A DNA stretch of 42,362 bases from positions 1-42,362 of the forward strand of contig JAADHB010000013.1 in NCBI GenBank assembly GCA_013152035.1, written 5' to 3'. A model generated the notes under the pieces. That model worked only from the letters and a program-made list of their open reading frames with translations, made no database searches and was not told the DNA's origin. Position 1 is the first letter of the stretch, and every line of letters starts with the position of its first letter. The stretch is from a bacterium (GTDB taxonomy: Bacteria > Patescibacteriota > Minisyncoccia > UBA9983). The translations under genes were made by a program, and so were the position numbers. Shown piece by piece: positions 1 through 7,771 of this stretch.

Positions 1-2
1 CG

Positions 3-1400
3 GAGCGGCGGAAGCCGACGCTTTTAATCATTCTTGACGGCTTTGGAATCTCCCCCGACAAGATAGGGTCGCCGTGGGAGGCGGCGAAACACCCGACCTT
101 TTCGGAGATAGAGAAGAATTATCCGTTCACCGCGCTGCAGGCGTCCGGCATTGCCGTGGGGCTTCCGTGGGGAAAAGAGGGGAACAGCGAGGTGGGGCAT
201 TTCACCATCGGCGCCGGCAGAATTATCCTGAACTCCCTTCCGCGAATCTCAACCGCCATACATGACGGAACTTTTTTCAAAAACGAAGCGTTCCTCAAGG
301 CGGCGGGTCGCGCCAAAAGCGGCGGGTCGCTGCACATAATGGGGCTTTTTTCCAGCGGAACGGTCCACTCCTACGCCGAACACCTGTACGCCCTGCTTGA
401 TATGGCGAAACAGCAGGGGGTTGAGCGGGTGTTTTTGCATCTTTTCACGGACGGGAAGGACGCTTATATGAAAGAAGGGGCGGATTTTTTTCAAAAACTT
501 GAGGCCGCCCTCGCGGAGAATTATCCGAACGCCAAACTCGCGTCAATAATCGGGAGGAAGTACGCGATGGACCGCGACGGCAATTGGGATCGGACGGAAA
601 AAGCGTTCAAGCTGTTTACGGAAAGGACGGGCGCCGAATTTGAAAACGCGGCGGAATACATAAAAAATCAATACGAAAAGGGCATTTTTGACGAGTCAAT
701 CCCCGGCGCGAAGCGCGAGGGGGAGGAGGGCGGAATAACGGACGGCGACGCGGTTATATTTTTTAATTTCCGCGAGGATAGCGTCCGCCAGCTGACACGT
801 GCCTTCACGGATGAAAATTTCAAAGAGTTTGAACGGCCGGCGTTTAACAATCTTTTGTTCGTGACAATGACGGAATATGACAAAAATCTTCCCATTCTGC
901 CCGCCTTTAAATCGGCGGAGGTGGAGTGGCCGTTGGCGCGAGTAATTTCGGAAAACAAATTAAAACAGCTTCATATCGCCGAATCGGAAAAATACGCCCA
1001 CATAACATACTTTCTGAACGGCGGCGTTGAAACTCCGTTTGAAAACGAAGACAGAATCCTCGTTCCGTCCCCGCGCGCCGTTTCATACGACCAAACGCCG
1101 GAAATGTCCGCCGACAAAATAACGGATGCCGTCGTTTCCAATATGGAAAACTATGATTTCATCGCGGTGAATTTCGTTTCGCCAACGCGGACATGGTGGG
1201 GCACACGGGCAGTTTTGAAGCGACAGCCCGCGCCTTTGAAAAAATTGACGAGAGTATCGGAAAAATTCTGCCCAAAGTTCTGGAACTCGGCGGTTCGCTC
1301 ATTATTACGGCGGACCACGGCAACGCCGAAGAAAAACTTTATAAAATCACCGGGGAAAAACGCACAAAACATTCAATCAATCCCGTTCCGTTTTACCTGA
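3..1400 (+). CDS. gpmI: 2,3-bisphosphoglycerate-independent phosphoglycerate mutase, N-terminal fragment (5' end off the window; frame breaks at 1172-1181)
   Basis: Frame 3 is open from base 3 (..KPTLLIILDGFGISPD..GNSEVGH.. = iPGM N-terminal motifs) and continues through the listed 156..1400 ORF. After ..NYDFIAVNF the translation becomes nonsense, while frame 2 carries the expected ANADMVGHTG. Confidence 0.85.
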   Translation, partial: ERRKPTLLIILDGFGISPDKIGSPWEAAKHPTFSEIEKNYPFTALQASGIAVGLPWGKEGNSEVGHFTIGAGRIILNSLPRISTAIHDGTFFKNEAFLKAAGRAKSGGSLHIMGLFSSGTVHSYAEHLYALLDMAKQQGVERVFLHLFTDGKDAYMKEGADFFQKLEAALAENYPNAKLASIIGRKYAMDRDGNWDRTEKAFKLFTERTGAEFENAAEYIKNQYEKGIFDESIPGAKREGEEGGITDGDAVIFFNFREDSVRQLTRAFTDENFKEFERPAFNNLLFVTMTEYDKNLPILPAFKSAEVEWPLARVISENKLKQLHIAESEKYAHITYFLNGGVETPFENEDRILVPSPRAVSYDQTPEMSADKITDAVVSNMENYDFIAVNFVSPTRTWWGTRAVLKRQPAPLKKLTRVSEKFCPKFWNSAVRSLLRRTTATPKKNFIKSPGKNAQNIQSIPFRFT

Positions 1401-1573
1401 TAGGGAATAAGTTCAAAAAACAAAACAACGCGTCGGAAGAGGAGGTAAACAGGCAATACGCGGACGTAAAAGGGACACTCACGGATGTGGCGCCCACCGT
1501 CCTCGCGCTTATGGGAACCAAAAAACCGGCCTCAATGACCGGAAAAAGCCTGCTGGAAAAATTATCTATATAA
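1193..1573 (+). CDS. gpmI: iPGM C-terminal fragment (same gene as 3..1400; homologous frame is open from about 1182)
   Basis: MVGHTGSFEATARAFE..LIITADHGNAEE.. are conserved iPGM C-terminal motifs. Removing one copy of the TTTCG tandem duplication joins both fragments as ..VNFANADMVGHTG.. Confidence 0.85.
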   Translation: MVGHTGSFEATARAFEKIDESIGKILPKVLELGGSLIITADHGNAEEKLYKITGEKRTKHSINPVPFYLIGNKFKKQNNASEEEVNRQYADVKGTLTDVAPTVLALMGTKKPASMTGKSLLEKLSI

Positions 1574-1816
1574 ATCGTGGTCATCCACGTCAAGAAAAAC
1601 AACATCGGATCCGTCAAACTCAAACAAAATCCTGTATTTTCTGTCAACCGAGAAACTCCATTGGTTTTTCAGTTTACCATGGAGTTTGTGCGTATCAAGG
1701 CGGGGATCAAAAGCGTCTTTTTCAAACAATAAAGTTCGTTCAATGACTTTTTCAACAAGAGAAGCGGTGAGTTTTTTAATCGCTCTTTCAAATTTAGGGC
1801 TATGGACGATTTTCAT
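1562..1816 (-). CDS. RelE/YafQ-like type II toxin (mRNA interferase family)
   Basis: 84 aa with ..DPRLDTHKLHGKLKNQWSFSV..YRILFEF.., a RelE/YafQ-type signature as I recall it. It overlaps the upstream antitoxin ORF by 4 nt and has a paralog at 20390..20665. Confidence 0.7.
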   Translation of the reverse strand: MKIVHSPKFERAIKKLTASLVEKVIERTLLFEKDAFDPRLDTHKLHGKLKNQWSFSVDRKYRILFEFDGSDVVFLDVDDHDLYR

Positions 1817-2061
1817 AAACGGTGTTTTTTCGCCAAGGCGGGATATTCTTTTTTAATTAAATCCTTAAACAATGGCAACTTGCCTTCCTTCTTGAGTTTT
1901 TTCGCCTCCTTGGACCACCGCAAAACATCATCTTCGGTAACCCGCGCCGTTTTTACTTCCCTCAACTCCAAAAACGCCTCGTATTCTTTGCGGGGAATGA
2001 CGACTAAATCGTCGTTTTTTATCAAGTTCTTGGGGATAGTTAACACACTCATTATTTTCAT
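1813..2061 (-). CDS. cognate antitoxin of the RelE/YafQ-like toxin
   Basis: 82 aa lying directly upstream of and overlapping the toxin. The N-terminal ..LTIPKNLIKNDDLVVIPRKEYEAF.. is shared with the antitoxin at 20164..20397. Confidence 0.6.
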   Translation of the reverse strand: MKIMSVLTIPKNLIKNDDLVVIPRKEYEAFLELREVKTARVTEDDVLRWSKEAKKLKKEGKLPLFKDLIKKEYPALAKKHRL

Positions 2062-2095
2062 CCTACCACAAGCCGCAAAAGCAAGGCAAGGTTTC

Positions 2096-2689
2096 TTATT
2101 TGGAATTTCCGTTCTTGTTCTTTAAAACGGTGTCTATAATGCCGTATTTTTTCGCCTCTTCCGCCTCCATAAAATAGTCGCGGTCCGTGTCTTTTTCCAC
2201 CTTGCTCACCGGCTGGCCGGTGTGTTTTGAGAGGATTTTATTCAGCCGGTCTTTCACTTTAATGATATGCCTTGACTGAATGGCGATATCAACGGCCTGC
2301 CCCTCCGCGCCGCCCATAACTTGATGAATCATAACTTCCGCGCTCGGCAAAGCGAACCTTTTTCCTTTTTGTCCCGCCGCCAAGAGAATCGCGCCGCCGG
2401 ACGCCGCCAAGCCGACGCAGATGGTGGAAACATCCGGCTTGATATGCTGCATCGTGTCGTAAATCGCCAAAGCGGCGGTGACGGAGCCGCCCGGGGAGTT
2501 AATGTAAAGGCTGATGTCTTTTTTCGGGTCCTGTGCCTCCAAAAACAACAGCTGCGCGATTATCGTGTTCGCCATCCCGTCATTTATCGGGCCCGCCAAA
2601 AAAACAATCCTGTCCTTCAAAAGGCGGGAGTAAATATCATAAGCCCTTTCTCCATATTGAGTTTTTTCAATTACCGTTGGTATTAACAT
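2096..2689 (-). CDS. clpP: ATP-dependent Clp protease proteolytic subunit
   Basis: 197 aa with ..[36 protein letters not shown].., the canonical ClpP layout. It follows tig as in many bacteria. Confidence 0.95.
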   Translation of the reverse strand: MLIPTVIEKTQYGERAYDIYSRLLKDRIVFLAGPINDGMANTIIAQLLFLEAQDPKKDISLYINSPGGSVTAALAIYDTMQHIKPDVSTICVGLAASGGAILLAAGQKGKRFALPSAEVMIHQVMGGAEGQAVDIAIQSRHIIKVKDRLNKILSKHTGQPVSKVEKDTDRDYFMEAEEAKKYGIIDTVLKNKNGNSK

Positions 2690-2733
2690 GATAGATTTTT
2701 TTGGTGAGCGAAGCGAGCCTTAGAAAATCATCA

Positions 2734-2771
2734 CCCCGCACATAAATTTTTGAAAAAATTTATGTGCGGGG
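2734..2771 (-). terminator. long perfect hairpin between tig and clpP
   Basis: CCCCGCACATAAATTTTT-GA-AAAAATTTATGTGCGGGG, with about 17-18 bp perfect arms. It sits in the tig-clpP spacer and could be a terminator or attenuator. Confidence 0.5.
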
Positions 2772-2791
2772 TTCTCGGAAATTATGGTCGC

Positions 2792-3838
2792 TTAACTCCC
2801 TAATTTCCGGAACGCTCTTTCGTTTCGCATCATCCCGTAAGTATATTCTCTAACCCTGCCGCGGTCAATATCTTGGTTGGCGGTTTTGTAGTAGTCAATT
2901 ATTTTATCAATTTCCTTGTTTAGTTCGTCCTCCGGAACTTCTATTTTTTCCTTAATCGCGATTTCATTGAGCACCAATCCTTGTTTTACTCTTTTTGAAG
3001 CATCCTTGTCCCATCCTTTCACTATCTCGTCCTCGGTTTTTTTGAGATGTTTAAGGTAGTCCTCCCATTTGAGGCCCATTTGGCTTATGCTCGCCTTCAT
3101 TTCTTCCAGCATTTTTCTTTTTTCCGCTTCAATAAGAACTCTTGGCGCTTCTATTTCCGAACCTTCAATGATTTTGTCCAGAATTTCCACCCTTTTTTTC
3201 TCTTTCGCTTTCGCCTTCTTGTCCAAAAGAATATTTTCGCCGATTTTCTTCTTAAAATCCTCAACGCTTTCGAAATTCCCCACCGCCTTGACGAATTCGT
3301 CCGTCAGTTCCGGCAATTCCGGTTCGGCGGCCTCTTGCCCGGCGGGCGCCGGTTCGCCGCCCTTGTTTTTCGGAACCGCCCTGGATTTTCTGATCTGTTC
3401 AATCACCTGTTCAATGTCTTTTTCGCTGACGCTGATTTCTTCTTTTTTGGCGTTGATTTCGGGCGCGATCGCCTTATAGTCCGCCAGTTTTATTTCCGGC
3501 ATAACCGCCGTTTTTATTTTAAATCCCAGCGGATTGTTCGGGGCGATTTTGGTAATGGTTATTTCCGGACGCCCGATGGCCTCAATTTTGTTTTCTTTGA
3601 TAATCTCCGGATAAATTTTTTTCAGGGAGAGTTCCGCCATTTCTTCAAGGACGGCTCCCTCGCCGATTTTCTCCGCCAAAACTTTCGCCGGAACCTTTCC
3701 GGGCCTAAATCCGTCAATTTTCACTCCCTCGGACAATTTTTCAAGCGCCGGCTCGCGATTCGCCTCAAAATCACCTGCCGATATCTCGCCGGTTATCTCA
3801 ACTTCGCAACCGGGCATTTTTTTGATTTCTATTTCCAT
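2792..3838 (-). CDS. tig: trigger factor, short form apparently lacking the PPIase domain
   Basis: 348 aa. The N-terminal ribosome-binding motif ..GFRPGKVPAKV.. and the C-terminal arm region are present. Where the FKBP domain is expected there is only a short linker, ..RAVPKNKGGEPAPAGQEAAEPELPELTDEF.. Confidence 0.85.
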   Translation of the reverse strand: MEIEIKKMPGCEVEITGEISAGDFEANREPALEKLSEGVKIDGFRPGKVPAKVLAEKIGEGAVLEEMAELSLKKIYPEIIKENKIEAIGRPEITITKIAPNNPLGFKIKTAVMPEIKLADYKAIAPEINAKKEEISVSEKDIEQVIEQIRKSRAVPKNKGGEPAPAGQEAAEPELPELTDEFVKAVGNFESVEDFKKKIGENILLDKKAKAKEKKRVEILDKIIEGSEIEAPRVLIEAEKRKMLEEMKASISQMGLKWEDYLKHLKKTEDEIVKGWDKDASKRVKQGLVLNEIAIKEKIEVPEDELNKEIDKIIDYYKTANQDIDRGRVREYTYGMMRNERAFRKLGS

Positions 3839-3865
3839 AATTTTTTGCTCTGATTTTTAAAAATT

Positions 3866-3876
3866 TTTATTGTTTA
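3866..3876. repeat. left copy of 11-bp direct repeat TTTATTGTTTA bracketing the vapBC module
   Basis: Identical 11-mer at 4433..4443. This copy ends 1 nt before the vapC stop codon. Confidence 0.5.
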
Positions 3877-4248
3877 TTAAATTGATAATAAGGGGAAATT
3901 TGGGATTTTTTGAAAATCGCGGACATTTCTTGTGATTAAGGTGGTGCCGGTAAAAATTGCAGTAGCCGCGATAACACTGTCCGGCGTTTTAACTCCATAT
4001 TTTCTTCTTAAAAATCCGGCAAGGCGGGCAATCCGCGAATCCAGTGAAATAACCGAAAGAGTGTTAATTAAACTGTCAATCTGTTTTGATTCCTTTGGCG
4101 TCAATCTCGGAAATCCAAACAATTCAACCTCCGTAATCGACGAAATATAAACAGGGGAACTTTTTCTAAAAACATCTTCAAGGATGCTTGCGGCGTTTTC
4201 ATTACCCTTAAAATAATAAATTATGGCATTTGTATCAAGGGTATACAT
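3877..4248 (-). CDS. vapC: PIN-domain ribonuclease toxin VapC
   Basis: 123 aa with MYTLDTNAIIYY.. and conserved acidic positions typical of PIN/VapC. A small upstream ORF is present. Confidence 0.8.
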   Translation of the reverse strand: MYTLDTNAIIYYFKGNENAASILEDVFRKSSPVYISSITEVELFGFPRLTPKESKQIDSLINTLSVISLDSRIARLAGFLRRKYGVKTPDSVIAATAIFTGTTLITRNVRDFQKIPNFPLLSI

Positions 4249-4266
4249 AAAATCAATAAGGGTTGA

Positions 4267-4431
4267 TTAAACTCTTTCCCATTCTTTGCGCATTTTACTT
4301 AATTCTCTCGCAGGATCCGGCTTCCGCCTTTTCCACATACCCTTAACCTTTCTCCAAACCAAAATTCGCTCCTGGGGCATAACGAGCGGGTATATAAGCT
4401 TAATATCTCTTTTTATTGTTTTATAAGCCAT
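4267..4431 (-). CDS. small putative VapB-type antitoxin (54 aa, below the ORF-track cutoff)
   Basis: My own translation is MAYKTIKRDIKLIYPLVMPQERILVWRKVKGMWKRRKPDPARELSKMRKEWERV*. It ends 18 nt upstream of the vapC start. Support is position and size only. Confidence 0.45.
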   Translation of the reverse strand: MAYKTIKRDIKLIYPLVMPQERILVWRKVKGMWKRRKPDPARELSKMRKEWERV

Positions 4432-4432
4432 A

Positions 4433-4443
4433 TTTATTGTTTA
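4433..4443. repeat. right copy of 11-bp direct repeat TTTATTGTTTA (contains the jag stop codon)
   Basis: Identical to 3866..3876. It starts 2 nt after the vapB-like ATG (4431) and includes the jag stop codon (TTA on plus, 4434-4436). Confidence 0.5.
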
Positions 4444-4922
4444 ATCGGTTTTATGACGACTTTCCTGTACGGATCCTGCCCGACGCTTTCCGTCTCAATG
4501 TCAGGGTAGCCGGTCAAGGCGGAATGGACAATCCTCCTCTCGTAGGCGCTCATCGGCTCCATTTCCACGGCTCTTTTGAAATACGCCGCCCTTTGGGCGC
4601 CCATCTGCGCCAAATTCCTCAGCTCTTCGTCTTTTTTTTCTCTATAGCCGTTGATATCCAGAAAGAAGGGGATTCTGTCCATATCGTTTCTTTTGAACTC
4701 GTTGTCCGCCATCTTTTTCAAAATATGGTTGAATGCCATAAGATGGCTTCCGTTTTCCCCTATAAGAATTCCCGCCTCTCTTATTTTAATCGTAAATTGC
4801 GGATATTCTCCGCGTTCAAACAATTCAATGTCTCCGTCAATGGACATCCTCTGAAGAAGATTTTCTATCAGCGATTTGATTGTTTCCAGTTGCTTTTCCA
4901 TTGTTTTGGCCTTTATTATCAA
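4434..4922 (-). CDS. jag: Jag/KhpB-like KH + R3H RNA-binding protein (short form)
   Basis: ..ERRIVHSALTGYPDIETES.. is an R3H motif, preceded by a KH-like ..ILIGENGSHL.. It lies downstream of yidC as usual. The ATG at 4901 (MEKQLE..) is a more likely start than the TTG at 4922. Confidence 0.75.
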   Translation of the reverse strand: MIIKAKTMEKQLETIKSLIENLLQRMSIDGDIELFERGEYPQFTIKIREAGILIGENGSHLMAFNHILKKMADNEFKRNDMDRIPFFLDINGYREKKDEELRNLAQMGAQRAAYFKRAVEMEPMSAYERRIVHSALTGYPDIETESVGQDPYRKVVIKPIKQ

Positions 4923-5649
4923 CGATTTTCTCCGCCTTTTTCTTCACAACGCTTTCATGCACTATAGCAAAGATATTCATCGTTGTCCAATAAAGCGCCA
5001 TCGCCGAGGAAAATTTCAACGCGATGAAGAAAATAAAAGCGGGCATAATGTATTTCGCCTGAACACTCATACTCCTCGCCAGGTCGTCTTTAAATGATTT
5101 TCCCGCCTTCGCCGCCTTTTTTATGGGAGGAATCGCCAGTTTCATCTGGAAAAACTGCGTAATTCCCGCCGTGACGGCAAGAAGGTAGCTCACTTTGGTC
5201 ATATCAATAAGCCCGAGAAATTTAATGTTGATGTCCGTTGGAGCGGCAATAAATGAGTAAAGGCGGGAGAGATCAAAACCCGTGCCAACCATAAAAATTT
5301 TATAAAGGGCGATAAAAACCGGCAGTTGAATCAAGATTGTCACGAAACCGGAAAACGGATTAACCCCGTGCCGTTTATAAAGCTCCATTGTTTTTTTCGC
5401 CTGCTCCTGGCCGTCTTTTTTGTATTTTTCCTTTATTTCCTCCAGCTCCGGCTGTAAACTCTTCATTTTTCTCTGGGCGATTACGGAACGGTGCTGGAAC
5501 GGGAAAATAATAAACTTAACGATAATCGTCAAAATAATGACAGCAATGCCTATGTCGTGCGTTGGCAGAACATTAATCAAAAAAACCAGAGCGTTCAGCA
5601 ACGGCTCATAAAATGCGGTGTAATAAAAAGAGACTAAAAATCCAAACAT
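4837..5649 (-). CDS. yidC: membrane protein insertase YidC (short Gram-positive-like form)
   Basis: 270 aa and multi-TM, with ..ELYKRHGVNPFSGFVTILIQLPVFIALY.., the conserved YidC core. It has rnpA-yidC-jag synteny. Confidence 0.88.
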   Translation of the reverse strand: MFGFLVSFYYTAFYEPLLNALVFLINVLPTHDIGIAVIILTIIVKFIIFPFQHRSVIAQRKMKSLQPELEEIKEKYKKDGQEQAKKTMELYKRHGVNPFSGFVTILIQLPVFIALYKIFMVGTGFDLSRLYSFIAAPTDINIKFLGLIDMTKVSYLLAVTAGITQFFQMKLAIPPIKKAAKAGKSFKDDLARSMSVQAKYIMPAFIFFIALKFSSAMALYWTTMNIFAIVHESVVKKKAEKIVDNKGQNNGKATGNNQIADRKSSSEDVH

Positions 5650-5677
5650 TTATACATTAACTATACAGTAATTTTAT

Positions 5678-6016
5678 TTATTGTAAAATTCCCGCCTTTT
5701 TGCAGATGTTCGCCATTTCTTTTTCCAGTTCCTTAAAATCAAGCTTTTCGGATCCCTTTTTGAAGAAAAAAATCACCGTGACGCCTCGCTTGAACGAGGG
5801 GAGGAGTTTCGCGGCGATATGGCGCGCCCTCCTTTTGAGCTTATTTCTGTCCACGGCCTTTTTCGCCGTTTTCGCGGAGACAACAAAGGCGAAACGCGCG
5901 TTTTCTTCCTCTCCTTTCGTTATTTTCAGCGAAATAAGTCCGGAATGAACACTTCTTCCCGAGGGAAAAACTTTTTTGAACATTTCTTTATTGATTCTGT
6001 GTTTTTTGGGCAGCAT
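5678..6016 (-). CDS. rnpA: ribonuclease P protein component
   Basis: MLPKKHRINKEMF.. ..FAFVVSAKTAKKAVDRNKLKRRARH.. is the RnpA signature. The start is taken at ATG 6016 rather than the listed 6088. No rpmH was seen upstream. Confidence 0.8.
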   Translation of the reverse strand: MLPKKHRINKEMFKKVFPSGRSVHSGLISLKITKGEEENARFAFVVSAKTAKKAVDRNKLKRRARHIAAKLLPSFKRGVTVIFFFKKGSEKLDFKELEKEMANICKKAGILQ

Positions 6017-6163
6017 ACCGTTTATTGTTCGTCCGTTAAATAATACAATGAAAAAGCGCGTATGGCAATATTCACATCTTATCCACAACCTATTAACATA
6101 TTCAGCAACATTCGGGGTTTTTAAAGATGAACTATTTTTTTTATAAGTGGTATACTGTGAACA
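6017..6163. promoter_or_regulatory. divergent rnpA/dnaA spacer with a perfect DnaA box and the dnaA promoter
   Basis: A consensus TTATCCACA sits at 6079..6087. An extended -10, TGGTATACT, lies at 6148..6156, exactly 7 nt before the dnaA ATG. No SD is present. Confidence 0.6.
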
Positions 6164-7537
6164 ATGGCTGTTGATTATAAAAAACTGTGGAATGACGCTT
6201 TGATTGAGATAGAGCTCAATGTTTCAAGAGCCAATTTTATTACATGGTTCAAGAACACCGCCATTGTCGGGGAGGAGGACGGAACCGTCTTTCTCAGTGT
6301 CCCAAATGTATTCGTTCAGGAATGGCTCAGCACTAAATTTAATAAGTTCATACTCGGAGCGTTGCACAGTCTTTGCCCGGCAATTCGGAGTGTTGAATAC
6401 CTTATCAACCAGGAAGAATCGCCGAAAACGGAAAAGAAGAAAGAAAATATCATTAATGTCAAAGAATTAAAAAGTGACGAGCAGCTCGGTTTCAGTGAAC
6501 TGTATGTGGACAAAGAAGCGAACCTAAACCCCAAATACACATTTGATTCTTTTATCGTCGGCTCTTTTAACGAGGTCGCTTACGCGGCGGCGCTGGCGGT
6601 GACAAAAAATTTGGGGACATCCTATAATCCTCTCTTTATTTACGGCGGTGTCGGACTTGGAAAAACCCATCTTCTCCAGTCGGTCGGCAATAAAATAAAA
6701 CAGGAAAAACCGGGCGCGAAAGTCCACTACCTCACCTCTGAAAAATTCGCGAATGATTTCGTTATGAGCATGAAAAACAGCGCCATCCACTCTTTTAAGG
6801 AAAAATACAGGAAGTATGATTTATTAATAGTGGATGATATCCAATTCTTCTCGGATAAACTGAAAATACAGGAGGAGTTTTTCCATATTTTCAACTCATT
6901 ATACGATAAAAACAATCAGATTATATTTTCATCGGACAGGTCGCCAAAACACATCGTGGGGCTTGAGGAGCGGCTCAGATCAAGGTTTGAAGGCGGTATG
7001 ATGGTGGATATTTCAAAGCCGGAGTATGAATCTCGGCTTGCGATATTGAAATCAAAGTCCGAGGCCAAGGGTTTCTTGGTTGATGACGAGATCTTGGACC
7101 ATATCGCGTCTTTCGTTCAAAGTAATATAAGGGAGTTGGAGGGCGCCCTTAATTCAATAATAGGGCAGTGTAAGATACGCGGAAGAATTTTATCACTTAA
7201 TGAAATAAAAGAGCTGCTCAAAAAAAACGCCAAGCCGGAAAAATCGGTCACTATGTCGCAGGTGATAAGGGCCGTGACTGATTTTTACAACATTGAAGAA
7301 AAAAACTTGTTTGAGAAGACAAGAAGGAAGGAGATTGTCAAACCGAGGCAAGTGGCGATGTATTTACTGAGAAACGACTTACAGATATCCTACCCATATA
7401 TTGGGGAAAAATTCGGGCAGAGGGACCACACCACCGTTATCCACGCGTATAAAAAAATAGACAGAGTAATTGAAAAAGACGATAAATTAAACAGAGAAAT
7501 AATGGATATACGAGAGACGCTTTTTGGTAAGAATTAA
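6164..7537 (+). CDS. dnaA: chromosomal replication initiator protein DnaA
   Basis: 457 aa with Walker A ..GGVGLGKTHLL.., ..LLIVDDIQF.. and the C-terminal DNA-binding ..HTTVIHAYKKI.. Confidence 0.97.
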   Translation: MAVDYKKLWNDALIEIELNVSRANFITWFKNTAIVGEEDGTVFLSVPNVFVQEWLSTKFNKFILGALHSLCPAIRSVEYLINQEESPKTEKKKENIINVKELKSDEQLGFSELYVDKEANLNPKYTFDSFIVGSFNEVAYAAALAVTKNLGTSYNPLFIYGGVGLGKTHLLQSVGNKIKQEKPGAKVHYLTSEKFANDFVMSMKNSAIHSFKEKYRKYDLLIVDDIQFFSDKLKIQEEFFHIFNSLYDKNNQIIFSSDRSPKHIVGLEERLRSRFEGGMMVDISKPEYESRLAILKSKSEAKGFLVDDEILDHIASFVQSNIRELEGALNSIIGQCKIRGRILSLNEIKELLKKNAKPEKSVTMSQVIRAVTDFYNIEEKNLFEKTRRKEIVKPRQVAMYLLRNDLQISYPYIGEKFGQRDHTTVIHAYKKIDRVIEKDDKLNREIMDIRETLFGKN

Positions 7538-7771
7538 AAGTGTAAAAAGTATGGAAAAAATGTGTAAAACATAGGAATAGTTTTGTGAATAAAAAGATGG
7601 AAATCGTTTATTGATTTTTTATTCACAACCGGGTGCCACCTTATCAACAGCGGAATTTTAATTTTAACGGTATGAGTAAATAATATTTTCCGGTTATCAA
7701 CATATTTATCAATCTTAATAACAATAAAGGTGTTAAATTTTTAAAAATTAATATTATTTATTGTATAGAAT
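7538..7771. promoter_or_regulatory. candidate oriC (dnaA-dnaN spacer) with DnaA-box-like 9-mers and an AT-rich unwinding stretch
   Basis: TGTGAATAA at 7584..7592 (reverse complement TTATTCACA), TTATTCACA at 7619..7627, and TTATCAACA at 7641..7649 and 7694..7702. GTGTAAAA occurs twice (7540, 7562). An almost pure A/T run lies at about 7733..7771. Confidence 0.6.

Noticed and set aside
1540-2100. Direct repeats flanking the first RelE-like TA pair
   Set aside because: The only similarity is a loose CCG.AAAAGC match between the gpmI end and the spacer before clpP, which is not better than chance.
3047-3853. 268-aa plus-strand ORF (and 3069..3479) antisense to tig
   Set aside because: It is an F/R/L-rich low-complexity translation typical of the shadow of a K/E-rich gene, and tig on the other strand has clear homology motifs. 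The same reasoning applies to 10360..10842, 11023..11577, 13097..13684, 15248..15844, 26857..27762, 28220..28723, 37107..37643, 38298..38744 and 39499..39951.
6017-6163. rpmH (L34) expected upstream of rnpA
   Set aside because: Neither strand of the spacer, nor the N-terminal extension of the listed rnpA ORF, encodes an L34-like MKRT..R/K-rich peptide.
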